Positions 61,173-64,000 of a DNA stretch of 64,000 nucleotides are shown in pieces; the stretch's first letter is position 1, and every line of letters starts with the position of its first letter. The stretch spans positions 1 to 64,000 of the forward strand of contig JASFYY010000002.1 of assembly GCA_045046875.1 (NCBI GenBank), in the 5' to 3' direction. Both the position numbers and the translations under genes were made by a program. This stretch comes from Verrucomicrobiota bacterium (GTDB lineage Bacteria > Verrucomicrobiota > Verrucomicrobiia > Verrucomicrobiales > DEV007). The notes under the pieces are model-generated. The model worked only from the letters and a program-made list of their open reading frames with translations. It did not search any database and had not been told where the DNA came from.

Positions 61173-61430
61173 ATGACAAACGCCACCAGTATGTATCCAC
61201 AGCACCTGAAAAGCAGGAAAACGCATAACTCAAAATCTGTAGATTCAATAAAAATTGATAACCGCACTTTATGTTTTTTTGTTTTGGTTGCACCGATGGC
61301 AGTGTTAATGGGTTGGGTGCTGGTAGCTGTGTGTTTGACAGGCACATGGACCTGGCAACTGCCTTTAGGTTTGGTATTTTCGCTGGTAGGATCAATGTTG
61401 GCGATGATCAGCACCCTTATACGAAGGTGA
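61173..61430 (+). CDS. Small two-TM membrane protein of unknown function
   Basis: Two hydrophobic helices ending in RR. Confidence 0.5.
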   Translation: MTNATSMYPQHLKSRKTHNSKSVDSIKIDNRTLCFFVLVAPMAVLMGWVLVAVCLTGTWTWQLPLGLVFSLVGSMLAMISTLIRR

Positions 61431-61717
61431 GAGCTTAGAGGCAACTCAACTTTTTAAGTTTGCTTGAAGTCCTTAGCTGATCATTAAGGTAAATTAGTAA
61501 TAATTTAATTTTTAACGCTATTGATTAAATATAATTAGATACTGCCTTAGAGAAGAACAATATCATGATCATTGATTCGGAGGCAAACACAGAAAAGATA
61601 GAAAAAGGAAGTGTAAAAACCGGTGTTTATCTGGGTTTTCAGTGGTTATATTCATAATTAAAAAAATATCGCACAGTAAGAAATGTGTTAGATATTTTTT
61701 AATTTTAACAGGACATT

Positions 61718-62620
61718 ATGAATGTACATCATCTTGAGCTTTTTTATTATGTGGCAAAATACGAAGGTATCACACCAGCTGTGAGGCGCATGCCCTATGG
61801 GATTCAGCAACCAGCGGTGAGTGGCCAGATGTTGAACCTTGAACGCTCACTGGGAACGCCGTTGTTTCATCGTCGACCTTTTGTTTTAACTGCAGCGGGT
61901 GAACAACTGTATAATTATGTTTATCCCTTTTTCTCACGAATGGAAGAAGTGCGCAGTCAAGTCTGTGGGGAAGGCACGGATCATTTGCGCTTAGCAGCTC
62001 CGACTTCTGTATTGGCAAATCACTTACCGGGAGTTTTAGGGCAGTTACGCAAGGAATACCCGGCATTACGATTGACTTTACGTGAACTTCCAGCTCCGGG
62101 CGCGGAATCAGCTCTATTAAAACAAGAAGCGGATATTGCGGTCACTCTTTGTGATGAAAAAGTGTCAGCGAGTGTGCAGATAGAAAAACTAATCCAATTG
62201 CCGCTTATTTTGTTGGTGCAGAAGGGTAATAAAAAATATTCCCCCAGAAGTTTTCAAGAATTAGAAAAAAAAGCCAAAGATGGGGATTATAGAATTGATC
62301 AGCCGCTGGTCTCTCTATTGCCAGGAGAAACCGTAGCTCGATTATTTCAAAAGGGTTTGGAAGATCGAAGTTTGATTTGGAATCCGGCAGTTGAGGTCAC
62401 TACTTTAGAGTTAGTGATGTCTTATGTGGCACAGGGTTTTGGATATGGTCTGTCGGTGGCGATGCCCCAGATGAAATTACCAGCTAATGTGATTAGCCAG
62501 CCTTTGGATAAGTTTCCCAGCTTGGAAATAGGTTTGATGCATACAGGTAAATTGCAGCCTGTGGGAGAGCGTTTTATAGAGATTGTTCGTACCTACACCA
62601 ATCAAATGATGGAAAAATAA
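61718..62620 (+). CDS. LysR family transcriptional regulator
   Basis: MNVHHLELFYYVA...QPAVS.Q...LE..LG.PLF.R....LT.AG. Confidence 0.93.
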   Translation: MNVHHLELFYYVAKYEGITPAVRRMPYGIQQPAVSGQMLNLERSLGTPLFHRRPFVLTAAGEQLYNYVYPFFSRMEEVRSQVCGEGTDHLRLAAPTSVLANHLPGVLGQLRKEYPALRLTLRELPAPGAESALLKQEADIAVTLCDEKVSASVQIEKLIQLPLILLVQKGNKKYSPRSFQELEKKAKDGDYRIDQPLVSLLPGETVARLFQKGLEDRSLIWNPAVEVTTLELVMSYVAQGFGYGLSVAMPQMKLPANVISQPLDKFPSLEIGLMHTGKLQPVGERFIEIVRTYTNQMMEK

Positions 62621-62643
62621 AAAAGGGTGAACGGATAACCGAA

Positions 62644-63468
62644 TCAGTGGAAATCTACTAATGTTCTTTCACGCCTTGAAAAATGTGCGGTCTGTTTATA
62701 GCCAACTTTTTTGACTAAATCGATGGCTAGATCAAAATCTACTCCGACTTCTTCAGGTCGATGGGCGTCAGAGCTGATGACAATGGGAATGTTAGCTTGA
62801 AAAGCGAGTTCAATAAATTCACGGGAAGGATAGATTTCTTTACAGGCTTTACGCAGTCCTGCAGTGCTGACTTCTATAGCCAGGTTGTTTGCTGCGATGA
62901 CTTCGATGGTGGGTTCGTAAAAGCGTTTGAGGTCGCCTTTTGGACGGTGGCCAAATTTTTTGACCAGATCAGGATGGGCGAGGAAGTCAAAAAGACCTGA
63001 AGAAGCACATTGGCGGTATAAGTGCCAATATTTCTCCCAAATCTCATCTATACAGCCCTTCCAGCGCTTCTTCCACTTGGGATCAGGGTCATCTACAGCC
63101 CAGTCAGGTTCAAGGTAGTGAACGCTGCCAATTAAATAATCGAAATTTGCTTGTTGGGAGAGTTTATCAATCCAGTTTTCCTGACCAGGGATAAAATCAC
63201 ATTCCAAACCGAGCCGGATGATGAGTTTATCGGAAAATTGCTGTTGGCTTGCTTTAATTAGATCCAGGTAGCGTGGAAATTCGTCATATGCCATACGCCA
63301 GTCGTCGAATTGTTCAGCCATTGGGTTGTGGTCGGAGAAGCCTATTTCTACTAAACCGCGTTTGATAGCCGCTTTAGCATAGGCATCGGGCCAGCCTTCA
63401 GCGTGTTTGCACAGAGGGGTGTGCAAGTGGTAATCAGCGGGAGAGTGATTTGTATTTGGTGGAATCAT
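62644..63468 (-). CDS. Histidinol-phosphatase, PHP (HisJ/HisK) family
   Basis: DYHLHT..C.HA.G, SDH, GLECD, GSVH, AHPD, SSDAH. Confidence 0.85.
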   Translation of the reverse strand: MIPPNTNHSPADYHLHTPLCKHAEGWPDAYAKAAIKRGLVEIGFSDHNPMAEQFDDWRMAYDEFPRYLDLIKASQQQFSDKLIIRLGLECDFIPGQENWIDKLSQQANFDYLIGSVHYLEPDWAVDDPDPKWKKRWKGCIDEIWEKYWHLYRQCASSGLFDFLAHPDLVKKFGHRPKGDLKRFYEPTIEVIAANNLAIEVSTAGLRKACKEIYPSREFIELAFQANIPIVISSDAHRPEEVGVDFDLAIDLVKKVGYKQTAHFSRRERTLVDFH

Positions 63469-63618
63469 GAAAAAAGGCAACGAAGAATAGGAATATTTGG
63501 AATTAAATAAATTTTTACTAAAGAGTAGTTTTTGCTTGCAAGATAGGCAAAAAAAGGGTGAAATGCATAGTTCCAGACCTTTAATGATGTTTGGGGTAGT
63601 AAAAATTTTAAAATTTCT

Positions 63619-64000
63619 ATGATGAAAAAAGCATTTGCCGTATTTACAGCTATAATTTTAATGCCAAGCTTGAACGCTCACGCTTGGGTAGGGGGACCTT
63701 GGTCGGGTAATAATTCTTCTCAATCGGGAGACGATGGGATTTATGAAGCGGTTGCGACAATGACAAATGGTACCGGCTTGTATCGCTGGGCAGTGAGAAA
63801 TAATTCAATATCGTCTACTTCTAATCAAAGTACAGTATCAAGTCCTACTGCACCTCAATCTTCTAATGTATTATTCGGTGGGGGGATATTAGGGGCGCAA
63901 TCTTCAAATGTTTGGTATTACAGAGGCGTGGTCTATTATGGGCCTGTTTTTGGTGTAGTAAATTCTGCAATGGGCATAGTAACAGCAGTAGCAAATGCCG
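63619..64000 (+). CDS. Secreted hypothetical protein, truncated by the window end (not in the ORF track)
   Basis: Open frame MMKKAFAVFTAIILMPSLNAHAWVGGPWSGN... with an AHA signal-peptidase site and no stop before 64000. Confidence 0.7.
   Translation, partial: MMKKAFAVFTAIILMPSLNAHAWVGGPWSGNNSSQSGDDGIYEAVATMTNGTGLYRWAVRNNSISSTSNQSTVSSPTAPQSSNVLFGGGILGAQSSNVWYYRGVVYYGPVFGVVNSAMGIVTAVANA

Noticed and set aside
61115..61444. Minus-strand 109-aa ORF as the divergent LysR target
   Set aside because: TTG start and no motif; the overlapping plus-strand two-TM ORF looks more protein-like, though neither is certain

Overview
Bacterial chromosomal window, most likely from a Verrucomicrobiota/PVC genome. 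This is inferred from the DUF1549/DUF1553-DUF1501 pair, sulfatases, direct xseB-dxs linkage and a Verrucomicrobia-type LexA box. It holds about 55 CDS and one tRNA-His. Housekeeping genes (rpsT, aroC, gatB, dnaE, rfaE1, dxs, xseB, rnc, mnmG, gmhB, ribD, recA) are mixed with secreted hydrolases and beta-propeller proteins, an ArsR-TolC-MFP-RND cluster and two paralogous porin-like genes. The main unannotated structure is a probable replication origin at about 52.99-53.2 kb. It has a DnaA-box cluster, an AT-rich tract and an apparent strand-skew flip, with no dnaA gene in the window and two parS sites downstream, one inside mnmG. Other notable signals are back-to-back ECF-type promoters driving the DUF1549/DUF1501 operon and an EF-hand gene, a structured leader ahead of a PcfJ-domain gene, a POT transporter with a pseudopilin(GspG)-like insert, and an ICMT-rhodanese fusion. 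I found no CRISPR array, rRNA, transposase, integrase or prophage. All family assignments come from motif recognition by eye; no database searches were run.
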